Source: Deltaproteobacteria bacterium (GTDB taxonomy: Bacteria; Myxococcota_A; Polyangia; Fen-1088). Taken from it: a stretch of 64,000 bases of DNA. Positions 9,402-19,346 of the stretch are shown piece after piece; within the stretch, counting starts at the first letter, position 1; each line of letters begins with the position of its first letter. The stretch covers positions 192,001 through 256,000 of the forward strand of contig JANRKS010000040.1 of NCBI GenBank assembly GCA_033763315.1. Reading direction: 5' to 3'. The notes below the pieces were generated by a model that worked only from the letters and a program-made list of their open reading frames with translations, was not told where the DNA came from and did no database searches. The translations under genes were made by a program, and so were the position numbers.

Positions 9402-9904
9402 GGATCGAAAACAACAAAGTCGTCACCATCGAGTACAAGTTGATGCTTGAAGATGGCACAGTCGTGGATTCGTCGGCAGGCAAGGCGCCGCACGTGTATC
9501 TGCAAGGCGCTGGCAACATCGTGCCCGGCCTTGAAGTGGCGCTCGAAGGCCACAGTGAGGGCGCAGAGCTGGATGTGAAAGTCCTGCCCACAAGCGCGTA
9601 TGGGCGCCGCAACGATGAACTTGTGCACAAGGTGCCACGCTCCAAGTTTCCGCCAGGCGAGATCAAGATCGGCATGAAGTTTGAAGCTGAGGGCAAGCGC
9701 GGCCCTGCCTTGTTGCGCGTGGTTGGCCTTGATGACAACGACGTAACTGTGGACAGCAACCACCCACTGGCTGGCAAGACGCTTGTGTTCTCGGTGAAAG
9801 TCTTAAACGTGCGCGACGCCACGCCGGCGGAGCTAGCCGACCGACGCGCTCACACCGCAGGCTACGTTCATCCCAACTTTCGCTCCGACGTCAAACCGTC
9901 GTGA
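9398..9904 (+). CDS. slyD: FKBP-type peptidyl-prolyl isomerase SlyD
   Basis: VVTIEY.L, YLQGAGNIVPGLE.AL, DSNHPLAGKTL.F.V, VRDAT..EL; ATG 9398 overlaps the upstream stop. Confidence 0.9.
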   Translation: MRIENNKVVTIEYKLMLEDGTVVDSSAGKAPHVYLQGAGNIVPGLEVALEGHSEGAELDVKVLPTSAYGRRNDELVHKVPRSKFPPGEIKIGMKFEAEGKRGPALLRVVGLDDNDVTVDSNHPLAGKTLVFSVKVLNVRDATPAELADRRAHTAGYVHPNFRSDVKPS

Positions 9905-12351
9905 GGCAAGCGCAGTTCGCGCAGCAATTTGCGAAGGCCGTCGCCGGTCAAGGGCTTGGCCACCACGCCATCCATGCCCGCAGCGATACACGCCGAACGC
10001 TCTTCAGGCATGGCCGAGGCCGTGAGGGCAAACACAGGCACACGGTTGTTGCCTTGGGTCGTCTCCCACGTGCGAATCGAGCGCGTGGCTTGCAGACCAT
10101 CCAGCTCCGGCATCTGAACGTCCATGAGCACCACATCCCACGCGCCTGTCTTGAACATCTCGAAGGCCATGAAACCATTGTCGGCCACCGCCACAGCATG
10201 GCCGTCGCGGCTCAACAGAGATCGCGCCACCAACTGATTGATGGCGTTGTCTTCCGCCACAAGAACACGTAAAGGCCCCGATCGCGCCGGCGGCACCAAA
10301 CAGGTCTGGGGCTGCTGCGATTGCTCGTCCTCGGGCGCGGCCATAAGTTCGATCGTGAACGTGCTTCCGACGCCGTAGGCGCTGGTGACCGACACGCGGC
10401 CGCCCATAGCCGTGATCAATTCACGACTGATGGCAAGGCCCAATCCGGTGCCTCCGAAGCGCCGCGTGGTCGAAGCGTCGCCCTGAGAAAACCGCTGAAA
10501 TAGCCGTTCAAGCTGCGTGGGCTCAATCCCAATGCCCGTATCCCGCACATGCACCAGCCAGCTGCCGTTGGGTGCCTGTGGTGAGGGTGCCGATGACTCG
10601 AGGCGAACCTCAACCTCACCCTGTTTGGTAAATTTGATGGCGTTGCCCACCAAATTGAACAGCGCTTGGCGAATGCGCCCGGCGTCTCCCATCACCTGAG
10701 CGTTTGCTTGTTCGTGCAGGATCAGAGCCACCGACTTTGCCTGCGCTTGTACACCAAGAACCGTCACCACGTCGCGCGCCACGCTATTGAGATCGACGGG
10801 CAAATTCTCGAATTGAATGCGGCCCGCCTCGATGCGCGACCAATCCAGAATGTCATTAAGGATTTGCAGCAGCGCCCGGCCGCTGGCCTGAATCGATTGC
10901 AGCATCTCGCGCTGTTGTGGCAACAAGGGCGTGCTCAACAGAACGTCGGTCAAACCGATCACGCCGTTCATGGGTGTGCGGATCTCGTGGCTCATCGTCG
11001 CCAAGAATTCACTCTTGGCGCGGCCGGCGTCCTCTGCGGCCTGTTTGGCGCGACGCAGATCCTGCTCAGCGGCACGTGCCACCGTCACGTCGTGAGCGAT
11101 CGCGATCAGCAAACGTGTTCCGGGCACGCCCGATGCCACCCAACTCAGCGTGCGCCATGAGCCGTCCTTGCACCGGTAGCGATTCTCGAAATTAATCGTG
11201 GATGCGCCATGGCTTAGACGCTCGGCCTCCGCGATAGTGCTGGCTGCGTCGTCAGGATGAACCAAATCGAGGAACGGCCGCGCCAAGAGTTCAGCTTCCG
11301 TCCATCCCAACACAGCGGTCCACGCGGGGTTTAGACGCACAAAATAGCCATCGGCCGAAGCGATGCACAGGAGGTCCAAGGAGATCGTGAAGAAGCGCTC
11401 CACCTGCTGTTCCGCCCGCGTCCGATCCTCTTCTGCCTTACGCATGCTGGTGACGTCTGTAAAGGAGGCCACCACGCCTCGCGCCTGTTGATCAGACGCA
11501 TCACCCATGGGTTGGGCGTTGATCAGAATCCACCGCAGATCTCCATCGGAGCGGCCCACACCCATGACAACGTTGCGCACCGGCTCACCCGTCGCCAGCG
11601 CCACCATCGCGGGATGCTGATCGATGGGAAAGGGCGAACCGTCTTCGTGAACCGTTCGCCACGGCCCCTCGCGCGAGGTGAGGCCCAGGACCTCATCCTG
11701 GGTCAGGCCCAAAATGCGTTCAGCCGCGGGGTTGCACGAAGAAATATGGCCATCGGCGGCATGCACCACCAAGCCGTCATGCATCGCATGGAAGATGGCC
11801 TTGATCTTGTGTTCGTCATGACGGCTTTCTACAAGCCGTTGTTCAAGCTCACCCTGGCGCAAGCGCAGCTCGAACAGAAGCTCCGCTTGTCGACCGAGCA
11901 GCTTCAGTTGCTTGAGCGCCTGCGCAGAAATGGTACGGGCCTCGTAGCCGGCGATGCACAACGTGCCCAGCGGCAGCTGCATCGGCCCCACACGCAATGG
12001 CACACCGACGTAGAACCTGAGGTGGGGCGGCCCAAGCACCAAAGGGTTGTCGCGAAACCTTTCGTCCTTCGTCGCATCCTGCACCACCAAACAATCGTGT
12101 GCCTGCAAAATGGCGTGGGCACAGAACGACACCGCGCGCGGTGTCTCAGCTACGTCTAGCCCGACCCGCGCTTTGAACCACTGGCGCCCCTCAGCGACAA
12201 GACTGACGAGGGCGATTGGCGCTTCAGCTGCCTCCACCGCCAACTCCACCAAGCCGTCAAAGTCTGGTTCGGCGAGGGTGTCCAAAACCTCGCATCGTTG
12301 GAGCAGCTGGAGTCGCTCGCACTCCTGAAGGTGGAAAGGGGGTGCCGGCAT
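9868..12351 (-). CDS. Cytoplasmic hybrid sensor kinase GAF-PAS-PAS-HisKA-HATPase-REC
   Basis: GAF ([15 protein letters not shown]), two PAS domains, H-box [31 protein letters not shown] (AEDN, LMDVQMP); no TM segments. Confidence 0.93.
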   Translation of the reverse strand: MPAPPFHLQECERLQLLQRCEVLDTLAEPDFDGLVELAVEAAEAPIALVSLVAEGRQWFKARVGLDVAETPRAVSFCAHAILQAHDCLVVQDATKDERFRDNPLVLGPPHLRFYVGVPLRVGPMQLPLGTLCIAGYEARTISAQALKQLKLLGRQAELLFELRLRQGELEQRLVESRHDEHKIKAIFHAMHDGLVVHAADGHISSCNPAAERILGLTQDEVLGLTSREGPWRTVHEDGSPFPIDQHPAMVALATGEPVRNVVMGVGRSDGDLRWILINAQPMGDASDQQARGVVASFTDVTSMRKAEEDRTRAEQQVERFFTISLDLLCIASADGYFVRLNPAWTAVLGWTEAELLARPFLDLVHPDDAASTIAEAERLSHGASTINFENRYRCKDGSWRTLSWVASGVPGTRLLIAIAHDVTVARAAEQDLRRAKQAAEDAGRAKSEFLATMSHEIRTPMNGVIGLTDVLLSTPLLPQQREMLQSIQASGRALLQILNDILDWSRIEAGRIQFENLPVDLNSVARDVVTVLGVQAQAKSVALILHEQANAQVMGDAGRIRQALFNLVGNAIKFTKQGEVEVRLESSAPSPQAPNGSWLVHVRDTGIGIEPTQLERLFQRFSQGDASTTRRFGGTGLGLAISRELITAMGGRVSVTSAYGVGSTFTIELMAAPEDEQSQQPQTCLVPPARSGPLRVLVAEDNAINQLVARSLLSRDGHAVAVADNGFMAFEMFKTGAWDVVLMDVQMPELDGLQATRSIRTWETTQGNNRVPVFALTASAMPEERSACIAAGMDGVVAKPLTGDGLRKLLRELRLPHDGLTSERKLG

Positions 12352-12453
12352 TCGTTTAAGCCCATCGGCGGGTCGCCCGGCGCACACAAGACACATCGCG
12401 TCGCAATGCGCATCAACTGACAGCTGGCGAACTCTGCACTAAAGTCGCCCGCC

Positions 12454-13050
12454 ATGATTCATCTCCGCGCCGTCACCTCTTCCTTGATCGCCGCCACGTT
12501 GGCGTTGGCCGTCCAGGCTTGTGCTTCAAGCCCCGCGCCCGCCCCGGAAACGGCCGCCAGCCAAACAACGCCCTCCGGCCCGCCGCCAAAGCTTGGCCCC
12601 GAGGAAATGAAGCAAGCGCGCCTCAACGCCCAAGTTGTGGCCGGCACGTGGCTGCTGCTGGTGGATAAGGGCGAGCTCATCACCAGCTGGGACACGGCCG
12701 CCCGCCGTCTGCAGGATTTCGTGCCCGCGGGCGATTGGAAAGCGGGCCTTGAAAAGGCGCGTGGCCCGTTCGGCGAAATGCAACGCCGCCACTTCGTGAA
12801 GACAAAGTACACCAACAAGCTGCAGCCTCCGGGCCACTACGTGGTGGTGAGCTATCACAGCCAATTCGCCAAATCGCCGGCCAAGGAATCCGTGACGGTG
12901 GTGCGCGAAGCCGACAACCAGTGGCGCGTGGTCATGTATGGCATCGAGAAGACCGATACACCGCCGCCCGCCGAAGAAGCCCCCACCGAGCCACAGAACG
13001 AAGCGGTTGAAGCCACCGAGCCAGGCGCCACGGAAGCGCCAGCACCTTAG
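12454..13050 (+). CDS. DUF4019 family lipoprotein
   Basis: Lipobox VQAC; WL.LVDKG...SW..A, R.PFG...R, PPGHYVVV.Y.SQF, W.V..Y. Confidence 0.75.
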   Translation: MIHLRAVTSSLIAATLALAVQACASSPAPAPETAASQTTPSGPPPKLGPEEMKQARLNAQVVAGTWLLLVDKGELITSWDTAARRLQDFVPAGDWKAGLEKARGPFGEMQRRHFVKTKYTNKLQPPGHYVVVSYHSQFAKSPAKESVTVVREADNQWRVVMYGIEKTDTPPPAEEAPTEPQNEAVEATEPGATEAPAP

Positions 13051-13055
13051 TGGCT

Positions 13056-13841
13056 CTAGCCGTGCACGGCCGCGCCGAATTCGCGCATGAAAGCGAGTTC
13101 GGCGCCCGACAGCGGCCCCCGCTCGATCGCGGTTAGGTTGTTCTGGAGTTGGTCTTCGTCTTTGGGCCCCATTAAAACGATGTCGACGGCCGGATGGCTT
13201 AAACAGAAGCGGTAACAGTCTCCCGCCGTTGGCACGGGGCCATTCCAACCTGAAGGCGGTTTCAATAAACGCCGCCATGCCGTGGCTGTGTAAGCCACCA
13301 CCGCCGGCCCGCGCGTGGCCACATGCGGGAAAATGTCGCGTTCGGCACCCGGGTGAGCGGCGTTGTAGCGGATCATCAGCACGTCAAGCGGACTGTCTTT
13401 GGCGAGCGCGCCCGCACGAACACGATCGTGAATCGACACGCCCAGCGCACCGACTTTGCCCTCGTCTTTGAGGCGCACCATCTCGTCGACCACACCCGCA
13501 CGCCATGCCGACATCTTGCCCAACCAGTAAAGTTGCAAGACATCGAGCCGTTCGGTCTTCAGCACCTTTAGGCAGCGCTCAACGTGCCTGCGCACCGACC
13601 CGGGGAAGAACCCGAAGGTAGGTCCCGTGGCCAACACCAGCCTTTGCCGTTGTGACGACGGCATGTTTTGCAACACCTTGGTTAGCAGGCGGGCCCGCGG
13701 GTTCCAAAACACGTACTGCAGGCCCGCGGCAATAGCGGCGTGAACCCCCACCTCTGTTAACCCAAAGCCCGCAGACAACCCCACCCGATGTAGGCCGCGG
13801 CCCAAGGCTGGCACGTGTTTATGCAGAAAATCTTCAGGCAT
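13056..13841 (-). CDS. Aldo/keto reductase family protein
   Basis: LKTERLDVLQLYW, LKDEGKVGALGVSIH, IRYNAAH, YRFCLSHPAVD.VL.GP. Confidence 0.85.
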   Translation of the reverse strand: MPEDFLHKHVPALGRGLHRVGLSAGFGLTEVGVHAAIAAGLQYVFWNPRARLLTKVLQNMPSSQRQRLVLATGPTFGFFPGSVRRHVERCLKVLKTERLDVLQLYWLGKMSAWRAGVVDEMVRLKDEGKVGALGVSIHDRVRAGALAKDSPLDVLMIRYNAAHPGAERDIFPHVATRGPAVVAYTATAWRRLLKPPSGWNGPVPTAGDCYRFCLSHPAVDIVLMGPKDEDQLQNNLTAIERGPLSGAELAFMREFGAAVHG

Positions 13842-14042
13842 ACACGAGAGCGTACCGCTTGCACCCCATTTTGGCGCGGGCGGGCCGCGGCGCCGCCCGG
13901 CCTACTGCGGCATTTCACCTTGTTCGCAAGGGGCCCCGTGCTAACGTCAGTGCAACTGGTGGGTGGGGCGGGTGATTCGTTATTTCGCGGCAGGGAAGAA
14001 ACCGCCGCTGGCGTGTGTTCTACTTCGCTTTAGGAACAACTC

Positions 14043-16532
14043 ATGGCAACTTTCGGCACGCTGACCCTCCTGTTGGCCTTTGTGGTTGCGACTTATGGCG
14101 GCGTCGCCTCGGTCGTCGGCGCCAAGCGCGGCAACCAACGCCTCATCGCTTCAGGGCGAGGCGCGTCTTACCTGTTGGCGGCCGTTTTGGGGCTGTCATC
14201 GGTGGCCCTGCTGTATGCGTTCGTGTCGCAGGACTATTCGATCAAGTACGTGCAGCATTACAGCGATGCCAGCTCACCGCTGTTTTACCGCATCACCGCC
14301 TATTGGGGCGGGCTCGATGGTTCAATCTTGTGGTGGGTGTTTTTGCTCTCCGTGTTCGGCGCCATCGCCATCCACACCAACCGCCACCGCCACAAAGAGA
14401 TCCTGCCCTACGCCATCGCCACCATCATGGTTGTGGCTGATTTCTTCTTGTTCTTGATCCTGTACCACAAGAACCCGTTCTCCACGTTCATGGGTGATGC
14501 GCCCATCACCGGCAACGGCTTGAACCCGCTGCTGCAAAACGCTTACATGATCACGCACCCGCCGTCGCTTTATGTGGGCTTCGTGGGCATGACGATTCCG
14601 TTCGCGTTTGCGATGGGATCGCTGATATCGGGCCACTTGGATGACGCCTGGATCATGTCTGTGCGCAAGTGGACGATCATCGCGTGGTTCTTCCTATCGA
14701 TGGGCCTCACGCTCGGTATGTTGTGGGCTTACGAAGAATTGGGATGGGGCGGCTTTTGGGGCTGGGATCCGGTGGAAAACGCAGGTGCGTTGCCGTGGTT
14801 CACTGCAACCGCGTTCTTGCATTCGATCATGATTCAAGAGCGCCGGGGCATGATGAAGATCTGGAACTTCACCCTGGTGATCTTGACGTTCCTGCTCACC
14901 ATCTTCGGCACGTTCATGACCCGCTCGGGCATCGTTCAATCGGTGCACGCGTTCGGCCAAGACACCAAGCTGGCGTGGATCTTTGTGGGTTTTATGGCCA
15001 GCGCCATCGTGATCACGTTTGGCATCTTGATCTGGCGCCTGCCCGCGTTGCGGTCACGCGGGCAACTGGATTCGCTGCTGTCGCGAGAGGCCGCGTTCTT
15101 GTTCAACAACTGGATCTTGGTGTTCATCGCGTTCTTCGTGCTGTTCGCCACCATGTATCCCACGCTCTCTGAGGCCATCAGTGGCGAACGTTTGACGATA
15201 GGCCAGCCGTTCTTCAACAAGTGGATGGTGCCGATGGGCCTCACCTTGTTGTTGCTGACAGGCATCGGCCCACTCATCGCGTGGCGCAAAGCCTCGGCCA
15301 GCAACTTCAAGTACCAATTCACTTTTCCTGGGTTGGCCGCGTTGGTCACTTTGGTTCTCTGTTTGGTATTCGGCATGGGCTCGTCCGTTGCCGCCGTTAT
15401 CTGTTTCTGCTTCTGCGCGTTTACGGGCGGCACCATCACGCAAGAGTTCGTGCGCGGCATCCGCATTCGCAAGAAGAACACCGGCAGCGATGTGTTCTCG
15501 GCGTTCTTGGGCATGTTGCTGCGCGGCCGCCGTCGCTACGGTGGGTATGTGGTGCACGTAGGCATCGTGCTGATGTTCATCGGCTTCGGCGGCCAGGCTT
15601 ACAAGAAGGAAAAGCAGGTCGAGATGAAGGCCGGGCAGCAAATTCAGTTCGCTGGTTACACGCTGAAGCTGATCGCCTTGCGCCACGAAGAAGATCGCCA
15701 AAAAGAAATGATCACCGGCGAGATCGCCGTGTTCGTGCGTGGCAAAGAGATCGATCGTCTGCAGCCCGCCATGTGGTACTACGCGAATAAGAACAACGAT
15801 CGAACCACCGAGGTGGCCATTCGACGCTCGCCTGCCGAAGACTTGTACATGACCCTCGGCAACTACGATCTGTCGCAGGGCATCGCGAACCTGGAGTTAA
15901 AGCTGAACCCCCTGGTGGATTGGATTTGGCTGGGCTTCATGATGTTGGCGTTTGGCACTGGCATCGCCCTGTTGCCCGAACGCGTGCTGGCCCCGTTGGC
16001 GGCGAAGGTCAAGGAAGACCTGGGCGCCACAGCCACCACGGCAGCCGTGCTGTTGTTGGCAGGCGCGCTGTTGCTGCCAGGGCGCGCGATGGCGGCACCC
16101 TCGCAGGCGCAGATCGACGCCGAGATGGATTGGTTCGGCAAGAACCTGATGTGTATGTGCGGCTGCCGTCACTTGCTGGGCGATTGTGGCGAAGCGGAAT
16201 GCCAATACGCTCCCAAGGAGTTTGCCATCATCCGGGGTATGCTGGAGCAGGGCAAAACACGGGATGAAGTGATTCAATTCTTCATCGCCAAGTACGATGG
16301 ACAATCAGCGTTGGCGGCTCCTTTGGACAAGGGCTTCAACCGTTTGGCCTGGGCGCTTCCTTACGGCTTTGGCTTGGCAGGGGCGGGCGGTTTGGCCTAT
16401 GGTGCGTGGCGCTTCTCGCGCAAGCCGAAGAGCGCGGGCGATGTTGGGGTTGGCAAGCCTGTGGAGGCGCCTGCGGCGGCAAACCCTGACCTTGAAGACA
16501 AACTGGACGAAGAACTCGACAAGCTAGATTAA
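14043..16532 (+). CDS. ccmF: Cytochrome c heme lyase CcmF fused to a C-terminal CcmH-like domain
   Basis: HPP.LY.G, WAYEELGWGGFWGWDPVEN (WWD), TRSG..SVHAF; C-terminal LMCMCGC..LLGDC, G.TRDEVIQFFIAKY and TM helix resemble CcmH. Confidence 0.92.
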   Translation: MATFGTLTLLLAFVVATYGGVASVVGAKRGNQRLIASGRGASYLLAAVLGLSSVALLYAFVSQDYSIKYVQHYSDASSPLFYRITAYWGGLDGSILWWVFLLSVFGAIAIHTNRHRHKEILPYAIATIMVVADFFLFLILYHKNPFSTFMGDAPITGNGLNPLLQNAYMITHPPSLYVGFVGMTIPFAFAMGSLISGHLDDAWIMSVRKWTIIAWFFLSMGLTLGMLWAYEELGWGGFWGWDPVENAGALPWFTATAFLHSIMIQERRGMMKIWNFTLVILTFLLTIFGTFMTRSGIVQSVHAFGQDTKLAWIFVGFMASAIVITFGILIWRLPALRSRGQLDSLLSREAAFLFNNWILVFIAFFVLFATMYPTLSEAISGERLTIGQPFFNKWMVPMGLTLLLLTGIGPLIAWRKASASNFKYQFTFPGLAALVTLVLCLVFGMGSSVAAVICFCFCAFTGGTITQEFVRGIRIRKKNTGSDVFSAFLGMLLRGRRRYGGYVVHVGIVLMFIGFGGQAYKKEKQVEMKAGQQIQFAGYTLKLIALRHEEDRQKEMITGEIAVFVRGKEIDRLQPAMWYYANKNNDRTTEVAIRRSPAEDLYMTLGNYDLSQGIANLELKLNPLVDWIWLGFMMLAFGTGIALLPERVLAPLAAKVKEDLGATATTAAVLLLAGALLLPGRAMAAPSQAQIDAEMDWFGKNLMCMCGCRHLLGDCGEAECQYAPKEFAIIRGMLEQGKTRDEVIQFFIAKYDGQSALAAPLDKGFNRLAWALPYGFGLAGAGGLAYGAWRFSRKPKSAGDVGVGKPVEAPAAANPDLEDKLDEELDKLD

Positions 16533-16551
16533 AGCGGTGGATTAAAGCCCT

Positions 16552-17034
16552 GTGCCTTCGTCTGAACGTGAGAAACAAGGTCCCAGCTCGCGCTGGTGGC
16601 TGTTAGCGGTGATCGGTGCCGCCATCGGCGTGCTGTTTGGCACTGTGGTGGGGCGCCTGTCCTTCGGATCGCCCTTGGTCATGCTGGCGATCGGTGGCGC
16701 CACTTTGGGCCTGGCCGGCTTGGCCACGTGGCGCGTCTTTCACCCCTTGGTGGACGCGGGCGTCGTTGAGCGCATCAACGCGCCGACGGAGCCTGGCCGC
16801 ATCCGCGACCTGCAACGCGAAAAAGTTTCGGTGCTCAAAGCGATCAAGGAAGTCGAAATGGACTACCAGATGCGCAAGATCTCCGACGACGACTACGAAG
16901 AGATGACCCGCCGGTACCGCACGCGTGCGTTGCGCATCATCGGCGAACTTGAAGCGGGCGACGATTTGCGCACGCTGATTGAGCAAGAGCTCAAGGCGCG
17001 TTTGGCAGCCGACAAAGCGGGAGAGCCATCGTGA
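16552..17034 (+). CDS. Two-TM membrane protein with coiled coil (CcmI N-terminal-like)
   Basis: Two hydrophobic helices, then REK..VLKAIKEVEMDYQMRKISDDDYEEM. Confidence 0.6.
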   Translation: MPSSEREKQGPSSRWWLLAVIGAAIGVLFGTVVGRLSFGSPLVMLAIGGATLGLAGLATWRVFHPLVDAGVVERINAPTEPGRIRDLQREKVSVLKAIKEVEMDYQMRKISDDDYEEMTRRYRTRALRIIGELEAGDDLRTLIEQELKARLAADKAGEPS

Positions 17035-18626
17035 AGCTCGTGGCGAAGCTTGCTTGCGTGGTGCTGCTAAGTGTCCTGGGCGCGCCGCTGGCACACGCAC
17101 AACCGCCCGATTTGCGCCAAATGGCGGGCCGCCCCCTGCCGGTGGCCGATCTTCCGGTGGGCTCGGTGAGCGTGCGTGTGGCGCGCAAGATGCCCGTGAA
17201 CGCGGCCGCGGGTATCAAAGTGGTGGCCACGATTACGCCACCTGGCGGCAGCGCCAAAACCACCGAAGCGACAACCGGTGAAGATGGCCGCGTAATGTTT
17301 TCTGATGTGCCCGTGGGCGCGACGTTTGCCGCCGTGGCCGAAGTGGATGGGGAAACGCTGCAAACGCAGCCGTTCCCGATCCCTGCGCAGGGTGGCGTGC
17401 GCAGCATGTTGATCGCAGGCCTGCCGCCCAGCCCGCCCCCAGGCGCGGATGGTGAAGGTGACGCTGAACAACCGGGGTCTCGCTTTGCGTTTTCGATCAC
17501 TGTGGCCGCACCCGTTGCCGCAGCCGATCTGCCGCCAGGGACTTTGGAAGTGGTGGTTGTGGATGCCGCGGGCAAGCCTTTGCCCGAGCACGAAGTGAAT
17601 GTGGGGCAAGCGGGCGCCGACGGCAAAGTGCAGGCCTTCACGCAGAAAACAAATGCGCAAGGCGTGGCGCGCTTTGTGGATCTGTCCACGGCGCAAGACG
17701 TGGGGTATTTGGTTGTCACGGAGATTGAGGGTTCGCGCATCGGCACGCGCCCCTTTCGCATGGCCACCGATGGCGGCATGCGCGCGCCTCGCTTGGCGCC
17801 ACCCGTGCGCACGAACGATTTGACGGTCTTGAGCCTGGATCAAGGCTCAAGGATCATCTTCGAGGTGCGCGAAGACTTCTTGTTTGTGGGTGAAGTGCTT
17901 TCATTCCGCAATGAATCGGAACGCATTTATGATGGCGGGCCCAAAGGCATCTTTGTGCCTCTGCCCCACGAGATGACGAGCTTCGCGCCGATGGGCGAAG
18001 GCGCCACATTGGAAGAAGTCAAAGGCAAAGGCCTCCTGATGCGTTCGGAGGTGCCTCCCATGGGACCACGTGATCGCAGCGTGCAAGCGCGCTTCGCTTT
18101 TCTGTTACCCACCTACGGCGATGACAGCTTGGACTTCGAGCAGACGCTTGAGGTGCCGATGAAATCGCCGCTGGTGATCGTGCCCGACGCCTACAAGCTC
18201 ACGCTTACGGCCGACGGGCTGCGCACATTGCCGAAAGAAAAGGATTCGCAGGGAAATGCAGTTTCGCTTTACGAACTGGGTGACATCCCTGCGGGTGGCA
18301 AGATCAAGATCCGCATTTCCGGTTTGCCCAAGGTCGATAAGACGGGCCACCTCATCGCCATAATCGTCTGCGTGTTGCTGCTCGGCTGGGGCTTATGGGG
18401 TGTGTTCGGCGGACCAAGGGCCGCCAGCGGCAAAGACGAAAAGGCGAAGCTTGAGCGCAAGAACCAAGAGCTGCGCAACCGCCGCGAGAAGTTGTTCGAA
18501 GAGCTGGTGGCGTTGGAGAAGCGCCGTCGCAGCGGCGCCAGCGTTGACGAAACGAGGCGCGAACAATTGGTGTCGCAGCTTGAGACGGTGTACCGCGACC
18601 TGCACACCACAGCGCCTCGGGTGTGA
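17031..18626 (+). CDS. Exported, C-terminally anchored protein with prealbumin/carboxypeptidase-regulatory-like beta domains
   Basis: Signal peptide ending AHA; two T..DG.V.F / T..QG.A.F repeats; C-terminal TM plus coiled coil; GTGA coupling inside the ccm operon. Confidence 0.65.
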   Translation: MKLVAKLACVVLLSVLGAPLAHAQPPDLRQMAGRPLPVADLPVGSVSVRVARKMPVNAAAGIKVVATITPPGGSAKTTEATTGEDGRVMFSDVPVGATFAAVAEVDGETLQTQPFPIPAQGGVRSMLIAGLPPSPPPGADGEGDAEQPGSRFAFSITVAAPVAAADLPPGTLEVVVVDAAGKPLPEHEVNVGQAGADGKVQAFTQKTNAQGVARFVDLSTAQDVGYLVVTEIEGSRIGTRPFRMATDGGMRAPRLAPPVRTNDLTVLSLDQGSRIIFEVREDFLFVGEVLSFRNESERIYDGGPKGIFVPLPHEMTSFAPMGEGATLEEVKGKGLLMRSEVPPMGPRDRSVQARFAFLLPTYGDDSLDFEQTLEVPMKSPLVIVPDAYKLTLTADGLRTLPKEKDSQGNAVSLYELGDIPAGGKIKIRISGLPKVDKTGHLIAIIVCVLLLGWGLWGVFGGPRAASGKDEKAKLERKNQELRNRREKLFEELVALEKRRRSGASVDETRREQLVSQLETVYRDLHTTAPRV

Positions 18627-18629
18627 TGA

Positions 18630-19346
18630 ATGACGGCGCCGCCAGCGGAGCTTCATCTTGAGGGCGTGGGCAAAACGTATGGACGCCACCGCGCGTTGGT
18701 GAGCGTCACGGCCACGTTTTCGCCAGGACGTATCAACACCATCTTGGGTCCCAACGGTGCGGGCAAGAGCACGCTGCTTGGCATCTTGGCCACCCTGGTT
18801 CGCCCCACCACCGGCAGCATTCGGTGGGGCGACAAACCGCTGGGGCCGACGGCAGCCGCCCGCGCCGCGGTGGGATACGTGGGGCACGACCCAGGCCTTT
18901 ATGGCGACCTCGGTGCGCTCGACAACCTGAACCTGTTTGCCGGCCTTTATGGCTGCGACGTGGATCCCCAAGCGCTGCTCGCGCAAGTGGGGTTGTCTCA
19001 CGTGGAGCCGCTGGCGCCCGTGCGCACTTATTCGCGGGGCATGCAACAGCGTTTGGCCCTAGCGCGCGCCCTTCTGCACCAGCCGGCGATCTTGTTGTTC
19101 GATGAACCCAGCGCCGCGTTGGATCCCACAGGGGCGGCGTGGTTGTCGGCACAGCTGGCGGCGCAACGGGGGGCGGGGCGCATCGTTGTGGTGGTCACAC
19201 ACGATTTGGACGCCGTCGCACCACTTACCGATCACTTGACGATTTTACGCCGCGGGCGCTTGGCTCACCACGCGCCCGTGCAAACGGCGCTCACGGGAAC
19301 CGATCTGCGACGCATCTATACGGAGACCACCGGTGCCTCGACCTAA
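18630..19346 (+). CDS. ccmA: Heme ABC exporter ATPase
   Basis: GPNGAGKST, YSRGMQQR signature, LLFDEP; directly upstream of ccmB. Confidence 0.88.
   Translation: MTAPPAELHLEGVGKTYGRHRALVSVTATFSPGRINTILGPNGAGKSTLLGILATLVRPTTGSIRWGDKPLGPTAAARAAVGYVGHDPGLYGDLGALDNLNLFAGLYGCDVDPQALLAQVGLSHVEPLAPVRTYSRGMQQRLALARALLHQPAILLFDEPSAALDPTGAAWLSAQLAAQRGAGRIVVVVTHDLDAVAPLTDHLTILRRGRLAHHAPVQTALTGTDLRRIYTETTGAST

Noticed and set aside
13809-13824. TGGCACGTGTTTATGC as a sigma54 promoter for ccmF
   Set aside because: GG-to-GC spacing is 11 rather than 10, and it lies inside the AKR coding region
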